Source of the DNA: Rhodothermales bacterium
GTDB taxonomy: Bacteria; Bacteroidota; Rhodothermia; Rhodothermales; VXPQ01
Assembly: GCA_040904565.1 (NCBI GenBank)
Contig: JBBDTI010000031.1
Coordinates: forward strand, 9,766-73,765
Length of the DNA stretch: 64,000 bases
Reading direction: 5' to 3'
The position numbers and the translations under genes are program-made. The notes below the pieces were generated by a model. It saw only the letters and a list, made by a program, of their open reading frames with translations, had not been told where the DNA came from and ran no database searches. This document shows positions 17,758 through 28,222 of the stretch, in pieces. Position 1 is the stretch's first letter; every line of letters starts with the position of its first letter.

Positions 17758-20700
17758 CTAGTTGGAGATGCTGACGCGAAAGTTGAAACCGCCGTTGATG
17801 TTCGTCGACGACGGCTGCCGGCTGTCTTCACTTTCGAAGTTTTCGTAGCGCAGCGTAAAGTCGGCGGCCACCCGATTGCTGAACTGGTAAGAGATACGCG
17901 GCACGACCGTGATGCGGGTGGAGGCCGTAATGACCGAGACGTTTTCGCCCTCAAGGGCATCCTCGAGCACGAACTCGTCTCCGCGTGAAATGGCATCGGT
18001 CAACCCGCGGCGGAGAGACAGCCGCTGATCCTTCAGGTTGGCCCTCGAAACCGTGACGCTAAAGCTGATGCGGTTGTTCAGGCGGGAGAGAAACGGAAGC
18101 TTCAATCCGCTGCGCGCGTAGCTGGCGTTGAACGTGATCTGACTGTTGTCGTTTTGAGAGACCTCGAAATTCGTCGTGCTCAGGGAATACGCCGTGCTCT
18201 TCTCCCAGGCGACGCTGGACTGTATGCTGCCCCTGAACGTAAGGTCGACGCCGATGAGCGGCTGGTACCGCTCGTTCACCCGAACCCCGCCGATTTCGTG
18301 TTCGGGGATCGTGAAGCGAATCTGGCGCCCGCTCAGCTCGAAGGCCCGCAAGGAGTCCGCGGAAGCCAGGTTGCGCCGATAGTCCGTGCTGTAGTCCGAG
18401 CTGTACCCGTGGCGCAGGGTAGCGTTGGTTACCAACGAACGAATCAGCGGCCAGTTGCCGAGCCCGTTATAGGAGATCTGCCAGTTCGGCATGGGGAACG
18501 GCAGGAAGCCCCGACCGTCCACCGTTCCGAATCCGGAGAGATAGGTTTGCTGAAAATCGTCGACAATCGATTCATTCGTGAGTACGACGCGCCCGTCGCC
18601 GTTGGCATCGCCGAAGGCCAGCTTGTCGTCCGCCTGGTTGAAGTCGAGCCGGTACGTTTCGAGCTGTCGTTCGAAGAGCGTCAGATAGTCGGCGTTGAAG
18701 GCCCACACCGACGCCCGGTTCGATCCGCTGAAGGTCCGGGAAAGATTGACGTTCGGGTCACGGCGGTAACTGACGTTCGTGTTTTCGTCCCAGTTGGCGT
18801 TCCACGTGAGGTTGATCTGGAGCGCTTGGCTGGGATTGAGTGTCGCGCGGCTCTGAATCTGGTGGCCGGTCGATAACGCATCGGTCACCTGGAGATTGGA
18901 GCTGATGACCCGCTGGTCGAGCGGAAGCGTCCGTTCCAGGCCGAATCGATAGCCGACGGGCGGTCCGCTTCCGGAGATGGCGTCGATCAGGGAGTACGGC
19001 GACTCGACGTCCACGAGTTCGCCGTGCTCGTTTCGAGTCCCCGTTCCAACGTTGCTGGAATTCGACGACTGGTTGCCGCTGTAGGTGATGGTCATATCAC
19101 GAATGCCTGTGGCCGCCAGCACTGCCTGGCGCGCGAGAGAGACCGGATTGGGCAGGGGCAGTGAGAAGCCGCCGCCGTCGTCAGCAGGCTCCCGGCCTTC
19201 CGCAGGCTCGTCGCCCATTTCGGCCTCGTCGTCCGTCGCCGCATCGGTTCCGTCGCCTTCATCGTCCGCCGTCTCCTCCGTCGGCGGGCCTTCCCCATCC
19301 ACCTGCATTTCGTCCTCCGGCGTCTGCAGTTCGTCCTCCGGCGTTCGCTCGGCCGCCTCCTGCTCTGCACCTTCGCGCCGCGCCTCTTCTTCCTGTCGCC
19401 GGCGTTCCCGCTCGGCGCGCGCCTGCTCGCGCGCCTGCTGCCGTCGCTGGCGCTCCGCCTCCTGTTCCTGTTCGTAATCGCTCTGTGCGCGTTCCAGCGC
19501 CGTGTACAGCGGGATCTTTCGGAAGAGTTCCTGCGGGCGCAGTGTGACGCCGCCGCGGAGGTTAAGCTGGTTGCCGGCGGTGGCACCCGTATTGCGGCCT
19601 ACGGAGCCGTTCTGCCACCGAAACTGGGAGCCGTAGACGACGTCTTGCAGGCTGATCCAGTCAAGCGCGCTGATGCTGCTGATGTTGGGTCTAAAACTCG
19701 CCGTGAAGCTCTCGTTGTGCTGATCCGCGCGCAGGCCTTCGTGGCCCGAGAAGACGCGGTTGACGATTTGTCCGGCGGGTACTGGGCGCAGCTCGCTCAC
19801 CTGAAAGAAGGTGTCGGAGGTGTCGACGACCCCATCCTGGAGCGCCTCGTCGACCGACAGGCCGTCGAACTGCGTTCCCTGGCCCAGGCTGTCCATGCGA
19901 ATCACGCTGAAGAGCGTGTCCACGCCGAGGGCGTTGAGGCTCTGGCTCGTGTTCGCGTCGAACGATAGGTTCAGGAACTGAAACGGATTGTACTGGATGC
20001 TCCCGTTCCGCCGGTGCGAGAGCGCATGCGTCTGTCGAATCGGAAACTCGACGAGTTCGGGCAGCTGGGGTCCCTCCGGATTGGGAAGCGTCCGCGGCCG
20101 GTCCTGGGATTCCGAAAAGTTGCGGGCCGCCGTGGCACCGGCGGAGACGGATTGCGGTGCGTAGTTGAAGTCGATGCCGCCCAGTACCCCCAGCAGCGGG
20201 ATGTTCTCCAGAAACCAGAAGGGTTTTACGGTACGCGGCCTGCGGATATTCAGCCGGTAGTTCAATGAGGTCGTCCAGCGCCAGTTGTCCCGCATGCGCT
20301 GCGACGGGCTGCGCGCCGCCGTCGTGGAGAGCGAATAGTTGAAGGCGATGCCGTCGATCGTATTGCGCAGCAGGCGCGACTCCGAGTCGTTCTTCTGGAC
20401 GCGCGTGTTGAACGAGCGGGTACGCGTCGCCGTCTGTGCGGCTTCGACGAGTTCTTCTTTCTTCTGTTCGCGCTCCGCCTCGGAAAGGGACTCGTCCTCA
20501 TCCGCCTGCGAAACGAGTTCTTCCAGTCGGATGTCTCCCCGATTCGGTGCGAAGCGCGGCGTCTGGGTCTGGTTGCTCACCTGGACGGAGACGGGGATCC
20601 TCCATCCGAACCGCTCCGGTACGAATTTGTCCATATTGACGTCCGTCGTGACGCTCCAGTTGTAGAGGTCCGACTGCTCGCGGTCGCCGAGCGTGCTTTC

Positions 20701-23700
20701 CAGGCCCCCGAATCCGTCCGTCTGATTCTGCCAGCTGGCCTTGATCGATCCGAGGTCGGCGAGTCGGATGTCGGCGTTGGCAATCGCCGCCCAACCGTTC
20801 GTTTCGTCGTAGCCCGATACGCGGAGCTCGTTCCCCCAGACGGTAACGTCGTCGAGGATGTCCTCGGGGCGCGTATTCGCCACGCCCCCGACGGTCGAGT
20901 CGGCCGCATTCCGAATGCCGAGCACCACCGTGTTGATCCGACCGAGAGAGGGCGTTCCCTTGATGCCGAGTCGCGTCCCCGGCGGGGCGAAGTCGTCGAG
21001 GGTCGGACTCAGCGGTACGTCATTGTCGTCCGACCAGTAGACGCTGTCCGTCGGAAAAATGTCCTCGTCGCGCGACACCTTGAGCTGGTTAAAGGCACCG
21101 AGGACGATGTTGACGGAGTTCAGGTCCATAACCTCCCCGCCCACCAGCTGATGGGTCTGCCAGAGCACGTCCGGGTCGCCCGACGTGACCGAGCTCGGCG
21201 ACAGCGGCATTTCGTACTCATAATAATCGTTCGTTTCGTTGCTTCCGAGCCGGAGGAAGATCTTGACCTTGTCGCGCGATTCGATGGGTGTACCGTCGCC
21301 GAGCACCCCATGCATGTGGGTAAACATGCGCAGGTTGGAGTACTTGAGCAGGTCGAGATCCTGATTGTAGGTCTTGAAGATCGCCCGATGCCTTCCGGGC
21401 ATCAGGTTCTCGGCGCGGAGGACCATGGCCTGCTCGCGGGCCTGCTGCGTGGTGCCGGTAGCGAGGCGATTTTGGCTGATGATCGTACCGTTTGGCGTAG
21501 CGTACGTGTCGCTGTTTTCCTCGTTGTTGATGCTCGACACCGACAGGCGCGTCTGGTTCTTGAGCGTGTCCGTAGGCAGTTCGCGCTCCAGTGAGATGGC
21601 CTCCGACTTCTGCCACTGGGCACCGACGAGTTCGAAGGTGGGGAAACGGAGTGTGACGGCCTCGTCGTGGCCGGTAGTCCACACGCGGATCGTCTCGATG
21701 AGGCTGAAATCCTGGATGTCGCCGACCTTCCGGGTGAAGTCGCGGACCGGGATGCGGATCTGATACCAGCCTCGGCCTTCCGTGATCTCCGTCACCACGT
21801 AATCGTCGACCCGTTCCGGATGCGCGAGGGAGTCGAGCGCCGATTGCGTAATCGGGAGCTCGTACTGGAAATAGCTGTTGTCCGTATCGACGGTCGAGTT
21901 CAGGTTGAGGTCCTCCGTATCCGGCGACCGGGAGTTGCCCCGCTTGCCGTGCAGCGACGAAGCGAGCTTGTTCTGGGCCTCGAAGGAATTGATCTCCAGT
22001 CCCGGGAAGTACCGTGTGAAACGCTCCTGAATGCTTGCCCCGCCCGGGTAGAATTCGGGGTCGTCGAAATACTCGTTCGCCCCGAAATAGAAGAAATCGT
22101 CGCCGGAGGGGTCACGCATGGCCTTGGCGACCTCCGCACGATACCTGGCATCGCCGCTGCCCGCGTTCATCGCGTCCAGGAAATCCCGGAAATGGTGTTG
22201 CTCGGTCATGATGGGATCGTAGTCACCCGGAGCGTACGACGCCAGGCCGTCCAACCCGAGGTCTTCGGTACGGCGCGAACTCTCATCGACGTCGATCGTC
22301 GAGTTCTGCGTGCCGCCGGCAGTTCGTCCCCACGCATCGAAATCGCGCTGATTGGCGGACGACATCGTCAATCCGTCTTCCGTGTTCAGCTGGCCGTTCG
22401 GTATGACATCCTCCGAGATAGAGCCGAGATCCACGTACAGTCTGGCATCGGGATTGACGCTGTCGCCGTCCTTCGGGTAGACCTTTACGATGAACTCGAT
22501 AAATTCGACGTTATTGAGGGCGAAGTCGGTGTATCCCTCGGGAAGGCGCTGCATCATGCCGCCCCAGGCATCTTTCGGCGTGCTGAGAAACTGTTCCAGA
22601 TCGCGCGTATAGTTGTACGGTCCACGCTGCTGGGGATCGAAATAGACGTCGAGCGGCTGTATGTACGGGTGCGTGTCCCCGCGCGTATCCTTGTTGGGAA
22701 AGACCTCGTTGATGTGGACCTGGCAGACGGCGGGATCGATCTGGTCGCAGCTCTGATTGCTGCCGATCAGGTCTCGCAGCACGTTCTCGTGCACGGAGTA
22801 CCAGCCCATCGAGGCGCGCCAGTTCGTGCGGAGCGAATCGACGCCGGGGACGAGCATATCGGATGGGTACGGACGAATGCCGGCGGGGGTCGACGACAGT
22901 CTCCATCCGCCGGGCTGACGAAGGGAGTAGGTGTTCTCGAATCCTTCGAAGTCGTCCAGGTACGAGACGCCGCTCAGCTCGTCCGACTTGAAGTCACGAT
23001 CCTGCCTGGCGAGGGATTCCCTGGACCGTTCGAAGGCGACGGTCTGGCTGGCGCCCGGCCGGAGCTGGGCGAACTCACCGGATATCTGAATGGAGCTCGG
23101 CGCGCGGGTCTGCACGAAGGGGAGGGCATCGATCGCTCGCGTCAACCATTGCGGTTGGATGTCGAGTAAACCGTCGACCCCCCAGATAGTATTGGAGATG
23201 GGCTCTTCGCCGATTCGAAACTTGTCGATAGGAGATTTCTGATTCAGGTTGAAGAGCGTGCCGCCGAGGGCCAGGTGATCGTTGAAGACGTAGTCGGCGC
23301 GGGCACCCAGAAGCGTTTTCTTCTGAATATTGAAGTACGAATTCTGCTCGTACGTGATTTCTATGTCGCGCCCGGAAGTGAGGAAGGCTGGATTGGTGAT
23401 GGTCACGGTACCGCCCTGGTAGTCCACGACGTAATCGGTTCCTTCCGTGAGGCGACTCCCTCCTGACGTTACGTTGACGGATCCCTCGATGAGTCCGGCG
23501 AACGCCCTCAGGTCGTAAAAGTCCTGTACGGAGCCCCGGTACGAGCCCCTGATACGGTACACGTCCAGCTGCGAATCCCGGCGGGCCTGCTCCTTCTTCT
23601 CGGAATAGAGTCTGCTGAAGACGTACTGTTGCTTTTTGCTCGCCTTTTCTTGCTCCGAGTCATCGAGCCCGTCGATGACGGCTTCGATCCGGCTGCCGAA

Positions 23701-25677
23701 CGGCTGCAGATAGGGAAAGATCAGCTCGCCGTCTTGCGGGTCGATGGTGAAGTTGGCGAGATAGTCGAACCGGTCGTCCGGCTGCTCGGCCCCGTCGCTG
23801 TTCAGCTTATCGAGTCCGAGAAGCTGCAGCATCGTGCGCTGTCTGTTGCCGGCCAGATCCGAGACGACCGTGGCGGACGGTTGTCCGGGCGGCTGATACT
23901 CGACCTGGAGCTCGAAGTCGGCTGGATTGAATCCGCGTCCCGGCAGGCGATAGATGTTGCGGAGCTCGAGATACCATGCGGCTGGATTGAATCCCTCCTC
24001 GCGATTCGGCTGCCTGAGGTTGACGGGCTTGATCAGTTTCAGGATGATGCGGTCCGAGTTCTGACCGCCGGACGATCCGCCCGTCTCCGTCGAGAAATCG
24101 CCTACCTGGTAGATCTGTCCGTTCGCCTGATAGCGGAACGCTACGGCGAGGGCGTGGCTATCCTGAACGCGTTGATTGAGGGAGAGGTAGCCGAGCGCCG
24201 TATCCAGCTCGTAATCCGTTCCCCGTCGCAGCTTCTTGAACTTGCCGACCTGAAAGTCGTCGTCGCTGAGTCCGGCCGAGGTCAGATAATCCTGCGGCCT
24301 GGCGCCGCCGTCGCGAAGCTCCGCATCGAGCACCTCGTCGGGATACCGGTACTCACCCGTTCCGGGAAGAATCTCCTGCGTGAAGCCATCTGCCTGCGTG
24401 ACGACCTCCTGAGGCTCACCAAGGTCCACCATGGCGACCGCCTGGCGGACGTTTTCTTCCTCCGGACTCGTGGGCTCGAGCTTCCATACTTCGATGTCCG
24501 TGATGTTCTCGAATCCGTTGGCGACGAAGATCTGCGGCGGATTCGCGAGGGCGTCTTCCCATCGGTTTCGGAAATAGTAGGAGATGAAAAAGTGGGTGTT
24601 GTCGTCGTAGTCGGTCGGTTTCAGCTCGAATTCCGTCGTCTGGGATCCGCCTTCGATGGACAGGTTGTTGGACTCTCCTTCCTGCTGGCTGGCTACGGTG
24701 GTGAGCTGCAGGCCGCCGAGCTGAAGCTGGCTCTTTATCCCGAAGAGGCTCTGGCCGCCGCGGATGAGCCGGGACGGCGAGTTCAGATTGACGTTGCCGG
24801 CCTCGATGCTCTGGATGATTTCGTCTTCGTAGCCCTGGTACTGGAGCCGGAGCTGGTTCTGAAAGTCGAACTGATTGTTCGTATCCCAGTTGACGTCGAC
24901 GCGCAGCTTGTCGCCGATCGAGCCGGTGATGCCGAGGCGAAGATCCTGCTTGAAGTCCGGGTCGATCTGCGACGACCGTCCCGTAACGGCCACCTGCTGG
25001 TCGCTCTTTCGGTAGTCGAACCCGGCCGTGATATCTGCTTGCCCGTTCACGCGGAGGTCCACGCTCGGCTCGCCGAAAATGGTAGTGAAGGCGCTTTCCT
25101 GTCCGCCCGGGACCTCGATGTTGAATCCGAGTCCGCCGTTTCGCCGCCGCTCGCGCTGCTGTTCGCGCTGTCGGACGATACTGCGCCAGCCGCGAGCCAG
25201 GTCGGCCTCCAGGCGCCGCTGGCGGTAGGTCTCGTAGTCGAGCGTCAGCGGATCGCGGACCTCCGACCCGCCGACGTGCTCGCGGATGGTAAACTGCCGG
25301 CTCGTCGAATCGAGCGTGACCTCATGCTGCCAGTATCCCCCGAGTCCGGGATGGAACGGTCGCCGCGTGCGCTGAACGGGTGAAGCGGTCCAGGAGTCCC
25401 GCCGCCATCGAGGGATATAGAATTCGACCCGGCGAAAGTCAGTGGTATCCACCAGTGTCGAATCCGTCGTGTCGGCCAGCGTCGAATCCGTCGAATCAAT
25501 AGCGACCGTGGATGCGGCCGCGCTGTCGGAATCGGCCCGCACGGTCCACGCCGTGAGCCCGGGATGCCCGTCGGTCGTTCGTCCGGTCGCGACGCTGCTC
25601 AAGAGGAGCAGGGCACCCGCGATGGCCCAGCCGAAGAGCATCGCCAGCGTGCGGAGCGGCCGGGTATGGGCCACCAT
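17758..25677 (-). CDS. sprA: T9SS translocon / gliding-motility protein SprA
   Basis: A giant ORF of about 2,640 aa, with the start taken at ATG 25677 (MVAHTRPLRTLAMLFGWAIAGALLLLSS signal). Size and beta-rich composition fit SprA, as do blocks such as DLRVNGQADITAGFDYRKSDQ, QLRLQYQGYEDEIIQSIEAGNV and the C-terminal ...INGGFNFRVSISN. Confidence 0.9.
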   Translation of the reverse strand: MVAHTRPLRTLAMLFGWAIAGALLLLSSVATGRTTDGHPGLTAWTVRADSDSAAASTVAIDSTDSTLADTTDSTLVDTTDFRRVEFYIPRWRRDSWTASPVQRTRRPFHPGLGGYWQHEVTLDSTSRQFTIREHVGGSEVRDPLTLDYETYRQRRLEADLARGWRSIVRQREQQRERRRNGGLGFNIEVPGGQESAFTTIFGEPSVDLRVNGQADITAGFDYRKSDQQVAVTGRSSQIDPDFKQDLRLGITGSIGDKLRVDVNWDTNNQFDFQNQLRLQYQGYEDEIIQSIEAGNVNLNSPSRLIRGGQSLFGIKSQLQLGGLQLTTVASQQEGESNNLSIEGGSQTTEFELKPTDYDDNTHFFISYYFRNRWEDALANPPQIFVANGFENITDIEVWKLEPTSPEEENVRQAVAMVDLGEPQEVVTQADGFTQEILPGTGEYRYPDEVLDAELRDGGARPQDYLTSAGLSDDDFQVGKFKKLRRGTDYELDTALGYLSLNQRVQDSHALAVAFRYQANGQIYQVGDFSTETGGSSGGQNSDRIILKLIKPVNLRQPNREEGFNPAAWYLELRNIYRLPGRGFNPADFELQVEYQPPGQPSATVVSDLAGNRQRTMLQLLGLDKLNSDGAEQPDDRFDYLANFTIDPQDGELIFPYLQPFGSRIEAVIDGLDDSEQEKASKKQQYVFSRLYSEKKEQARRDSQLDVYRIRGSYRGSVQDFYDLRAFAGLIEGSVNVTSGGSRLTEGTDYVVDYQGGTVTITNPAFLTSGRDIEITYEQNSYFNIQKKTLLGARADYVFNDHLALGGTLFNLNQKSPIDKFRIGEEPISNTIWGVDGLLDIQPQWLTRAIDALPFVQTRAPSSIQISGEFAQLRPGASQTVAFERSRESLARQDRDFKSDELSGVSYLDDFEGFENTYSLRQPGGWRLSSTPAGIRPYPSDMLVPGVDSLRTNWRASMGWYSVHENVLRDLIGSNQSCDQIDPAVCQVHINEVFPNKDTRGDTHPYIQPLDVYFDPQQRGPYNYTRDLEQFLSTPKDAWGGMMQRLPEGYTDFALNNVEFIEFIVKVYPKDGDSVNPDARLYVDLGSISEDVIPNGQLNTEDGLTMSSANQRDFDAWGRTAGGTQNSTIDVDESSRRTEDLGLDGLASYAPGDYDPIMTEQHHFRDFLDAMNAGSGDARYRAEVAKAMRDPSGDDFFYFGANEYFDDPEFYPGGASIQERFTRYFPGLEINSFEAQNKLASSLHGKRGNSRSPDTEDLNLNSTVDTDNSYFQYELPITQSALDSLAHPERVDDYVVTEITEGRGWYQIRIPVRDFTRKVGDIQDFSLIETIRVWTTGHDEAVTLRFPTFELVGAQWQKSEAISLERELPTDTLKNQTRLSVSSINNEENSDTYATPNGTIISQNRLATGTTQQAREQAMVLRAENLMPGRHRAIFKTYNQDLDLLKYSNLRMFTHMHGVLGDGTPIESRDKVKIFLRLGSNETNDYYEYEMPLSPSSVTSGDPDVLWQTHQLVGGEVMDLNSVNIVLGAFNQLKVSRDEDIFPTDSVYWSDDNDVPLSPTLDDFAPPGTRLGIKGTPSLGRINTVVLGIRNAADSTVGGVANTRPEDILDDVTVWGNELRVSGYDETNGWAAIANADIRLADLGSIKASWQNQTDGFGGLESTLGDREQSDLYNWSVTTDVNMDKFVPERFGWRIPVSVQVSNQTQTPRFAPNRGDIRLEELVSQADEDESLSEAEREQKKEELVEAAQTATRTRSFNTRVQKNDSESRLLRNTIDGIAFNYSLSTTAARSPSQRMRDNWRWTTSLNYRLNIRRPRTVKPFWFLENIPLLGVLGGIDFNYAPQSVSAGATAARNFSESQDRPRTLPNPEGPQLPELVEFPIRQTHALSHRRNGSIQYNPFQFLNLSFDANTSQSLNALGVDTLFSVIRMDSLGQGTQFDGLSVDEALQDGVVDTSDTFFQVSELRPVPAGQIVNRVFSGHEGLRADQHNESFTASFRPNISSISALDWISLQDVVYGSQFRWQNGSVGRNTGATAGNQLNLRGGVTLRPQELFRKIPLYTALERAQSDYEQEQEAERQRRQQAREQARAERERRRQEEEARREGAEQEAAERTPEDELQTPEDEMQVDGEGPPTEETADDEGDGTDAATDDEAEMGDEPAEGREPADDGGGFSLPLPNPVSLARQAVLAATGIRDMTITYSGNQSSNSSNVGTGTRNEHGELVDVESPYSLIDAISGSGPPVGYRFGLERTLPLDQRVISSNLQVTDALSTGHQIQSRATLNPSQALQINLTWNANWDENTNVSYRRDPNVNLSRTFSGSNRASVWAFNADYLTLFERQLETYRLDFNQADDKLAFGDANGDGRVVLTNESIVDDFQQTYLSGFGTVDGRGFLPFPMPNWQISYNGLGNWPLIRSLVTNATLRHGYSSDYSTDYRRNLASADSLRAFELSGRQIRFTIPEHEIGGVRVNERYQPLIGVDLTFRGSIQSSVAWEKSTAYSLSTTNFEVSQNDNSQITFNASYARSGLKLPFLSRLNNRISFSVTVSRANLKDQRLSLRRGLTDAISRGDEFVLEDALEGENVSVITASTRITVVPRISYQFSNRVAADFTLRYENFESEDSRQPSSTNINGGFNFRVSISN

Positions 25678-26351
25678 CCGTTGTCCCGGCCCGCCGTCGA
25701 CGTTTGCCGAATGGCGCCACGTCACGTCATCTCGGCCGAGACGTTCGTGTCCCGCTATGCGTACGGAGTCTGGTTGCACCCGGACCTGTTCTTCGAACTA
25801 CTTATAAAAGATGACAGGACGATACCCGCATGCCCGGATATTGGGCGTGCCATAGCGCGTCTGCCATACAACGAGAAAGTCTGTAGCAAGAAGTGCCGAT
25901 ACGCTAATCTCTCGTTTGCTCGCAAGAATAGGGGTGCCGGTAGACGGCGGACGCCGAGAACGGGAACGAAGTACGGCTGTATCTCCTCGTCCGCTCCGGT
26001 TTGCCGACGAATACCATGTACGGGCCAAAGCTAAATAGTTTCCCCATGCGCTTCAAGACCGTTCGGTGTCCATTGTGTCTGACGTTCAGAGGCTTGTAAA
26101 TAAACGTCTTATGTATTTACTGTAGGGGCGATTTCCGAAGAGGTGTCTGCATGCGTAGACGCGGCCCGCCTTCGGGCTGTCGTTCGAGCCATTGTTCGGG
26201 CGAAACGGGGCTCGTATGTTGAGGCGTTCCGGCAGGGTCTTTCCGCATAGCCTACACGCGGAGCCGGGAGGATGACTAGGATGCGGATGTGGGACCGGGA
26301 TGCGTGATACATCGCTGCGGCATATTAATCGAAGAAGAATTCACTCCAGGC

Positions 26352-27020
26352 ATGTCGATTCTACGAGACCAGGTCATTGTCGTGACGGGTGCATCCGGAC
26401 GCCTCGGGCGTCGTATGGTGCAGCGTTTCGCGCAGGATGGCGCTGCGATCGCCGCCGTCGTGAGAAAGGAGGAGGATGCGCGAGGGCTACCGTTTCCGGA
26501 CGAAGGGGAGGGATGGGCGTTCCCGGTGGACGTGACTGATGACGATGTCGTGCGTGCCTGTTTCGATCAGATCCTCGAGCAGTTCGGTCGGGTTGACGCC
26601 CTCGTTCACACCGTCGGCATGTGGGAGAGTCGCCCGCTCATGGAAACGTCTCTCGACCAGTGGCAGCACGTCATGCGCGTGAATCTGACGTCGACGTTTC
26701 TGTGTTTTCGCGAAGCCGTGCGCGTCATGGCGGGCTCGGGTCGCCTCGTCGCGTTCACGTCGGAGCAGGGAGCGGATCGGGGGGTGGCGCAGCAGGCGGC
26801 CTATGCATCCGCGAAGGCCGGCGTGGTGCGTCTCGTTGAATCCGTGTCGTCGGAGTTCGAGGGGATAACCGCGCACGCCATCGCGCCGTCGACGATCAGG
26901 TACGATGAAACAGGTGACGGAGTCGCGGCCGACGATCTGGTCGAGCTCTGCCGGACGATCCTGACGACGACGGGTGATGCGGTTGACGGCAGCGTCATCC
27001 GTGCATATGGGAGGCGCTAG
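26352..27020 (+). CDS. SDR family oxidoreductase
   Basis: The ATG at 26352 gives MSILRDQVIVVTGASGRLGRRM (TGxxxGxG Rossmann). The catalytic YxxxK is YASAKAG. The stop overlaps the convergent neighbour by 4 nt. Confidence 0.85.
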   Translation: MSILRDQVIVVTGASGRLGRRMVQRFAQDGAAIAAVVRKEEDARGLPFPDEGEGWAFPVDVTDDDVVRACFDQILEQFGRVDALVHTVGMWESRPLMETSLDQWQHVMRVNLTSTFLCFREAVRVMAGSGRLVAFTSEQGADRGVAQQAAYASAKAGVVRLVESVSSEFEGITAHAIAPSTIRYDETGDGVAADDLVELCRTILTTTGDAVDGSVIRAYGRR

Positions 27021-28222
27021 GATCTGTCGCCGGATCCGGATGGGTCGCGTACTCCCGGATGCCTCACGTCGACGTACCCGTCGTACCAGGACGTGGAGAT
27101 GTCGAGGCCGCGCTCGGCGATGATTTTGAGATACTCTTCCTTGGGGACGCAGTTTTCGGGCGGCACGGCGCCCCCACCCTTTATCGATCCCGTCGCTATA
27201 AGATAGGCGGCCGCGGCGGCCGGAATGCTCGTACACCGCTTCATCGCGCTGATCTCGGTTTCCCGGTCGAAGAGATCCACCATTTCGTAGACGAGGGTCT
27301 TCTTCTCACCGTCCTTCTTACCTTTAATGACCACGCGCATGAGGACGGCATCCTCGTAGGTGCCCCCGAGCCGCTTTCGCATACGTCGGACGAGGATGTC
27401 CCTGTAGGTAAGGTGGGTTCGCACGTCGATACTCCGGTCTTCACCGAATCCAAGCTCGAGCAACGCGTGCATCTGGTTAGCGTGTCCCGGCCATCGAATG
27501 GTCTTGTGATCCAGCGTCTTGACCTTGTCCGCCAGCTCGTCGGTAAGCGTCGATAGCCCACCGGCCGTACAGAAAGACTCCATGCTCCCGAACGGCTCGG
27601 GAAAGGAGATCGGTTCCAAGCGCGAGAGCGGTTCTGCCGTACGCACTTTTCCCTTTTCGATGAGCTGGACCGGATGCGTGTAGTCGTCAATGATCTTCTC
27701 GGCCGACCACGAGATGCGGAAGTTGAACGGAGGCTCCGGATAGAGCGGTACGTCACCCACGCGCAGATGCGCGAACTCCACCTCATCGAACTGCTCGATG
27801 CCGGCAAGACACAGCACGTTGACGAGTCCGGGCGCCAGTCCGCAGTTGGGAACGATCCAGACGGATTTCTGCCGGGCGCGGTCGTGGAGGGCGAGTTCTT
27901 TTTCGACGATCTCGTCGTTGCCGCCGAGATCACAGAAGTGAATGCCGAGATTCAGACACGTCTCCGCGAGGATCGGATTGACTTCAGGCAGCGCGCATCC
28001 GATGACGCAGTCGCTTCCGCGAAGGATCGGCTCGAGCACGTTGAAGTCGCGCACGTCCACCTGAAAAGAGCGCAGCTTCGAGCTCTTTATCTCGGCGTGA
28101 AGCTCCTGAAGGGATCGCGCGCGCGCGTCTAATATCTGGATCTGTGTCACGCCCTCGCGATCGTTCAGTTCACGAGCTATGGCCGAGCCGATCAAACCGG
28201 CTCCAATGACGGTAATTCTCAT
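27017..28222 (-). CDS. saccharopine dehydrogenase family NAD(P)-binding protein
   Basis: MRITVIGAGLIGSAIAREL (Rossmann) begins at ATG 28222; an upstream in-frame ATG at 28264 is also possible. The Sacchrp_dh N- and C-domain pattern is present (CDLGGN, VPNCGLAPGL, RWPGH). Confidence 0.8.
   Translation of the reverse strand: MRITVIGAGLIGSAIARELNDREGVTQIQILDARARSLQELHAEIKSSKLRSFQVDVRDFNVLEPILRGSDCVIGCALPEVNPILAETCLNLGIHFCDLGGNDEIVEKELALHDRARQKSVWIVPNCGLAPGLVNVLCLAGIEQFDEVEFAHLRVGDVPLYPEPPFNFRISWSAEKIIDDYTHPVQLIEKGKVRTAEPLSRLEPISFPEPFGSMESFCTAGGLSTLTDELADKVKTLDHKTIRWPGHANQMHALLELGFGEDRSIDVRTHLTYRDILVRRMRKRLGGTYEDAVLMRVVIKGKKDGEKKTLVYEMVDLFDRETEISAMKRCTSIPAAAAAYLIATGSIKGGGAVPPENCVPKEEYLKIIAERGLDISTSWYDGYVDVRHPGVRDPSGSGDRS

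Noticed and set aside
21667-25383. Long plus-strand ORFs (21667..23169, 500 aa; 23629..25383, 584 aa; many others) inside the sprA region
   Set aside because: They lie antisense to a 2,640-aa ORF with clear SprA character. Their translations are Arg/Val/Gly/Asp/Glu-rich with no motifs. They are typical shadow ORFs of GC-rich DNA.
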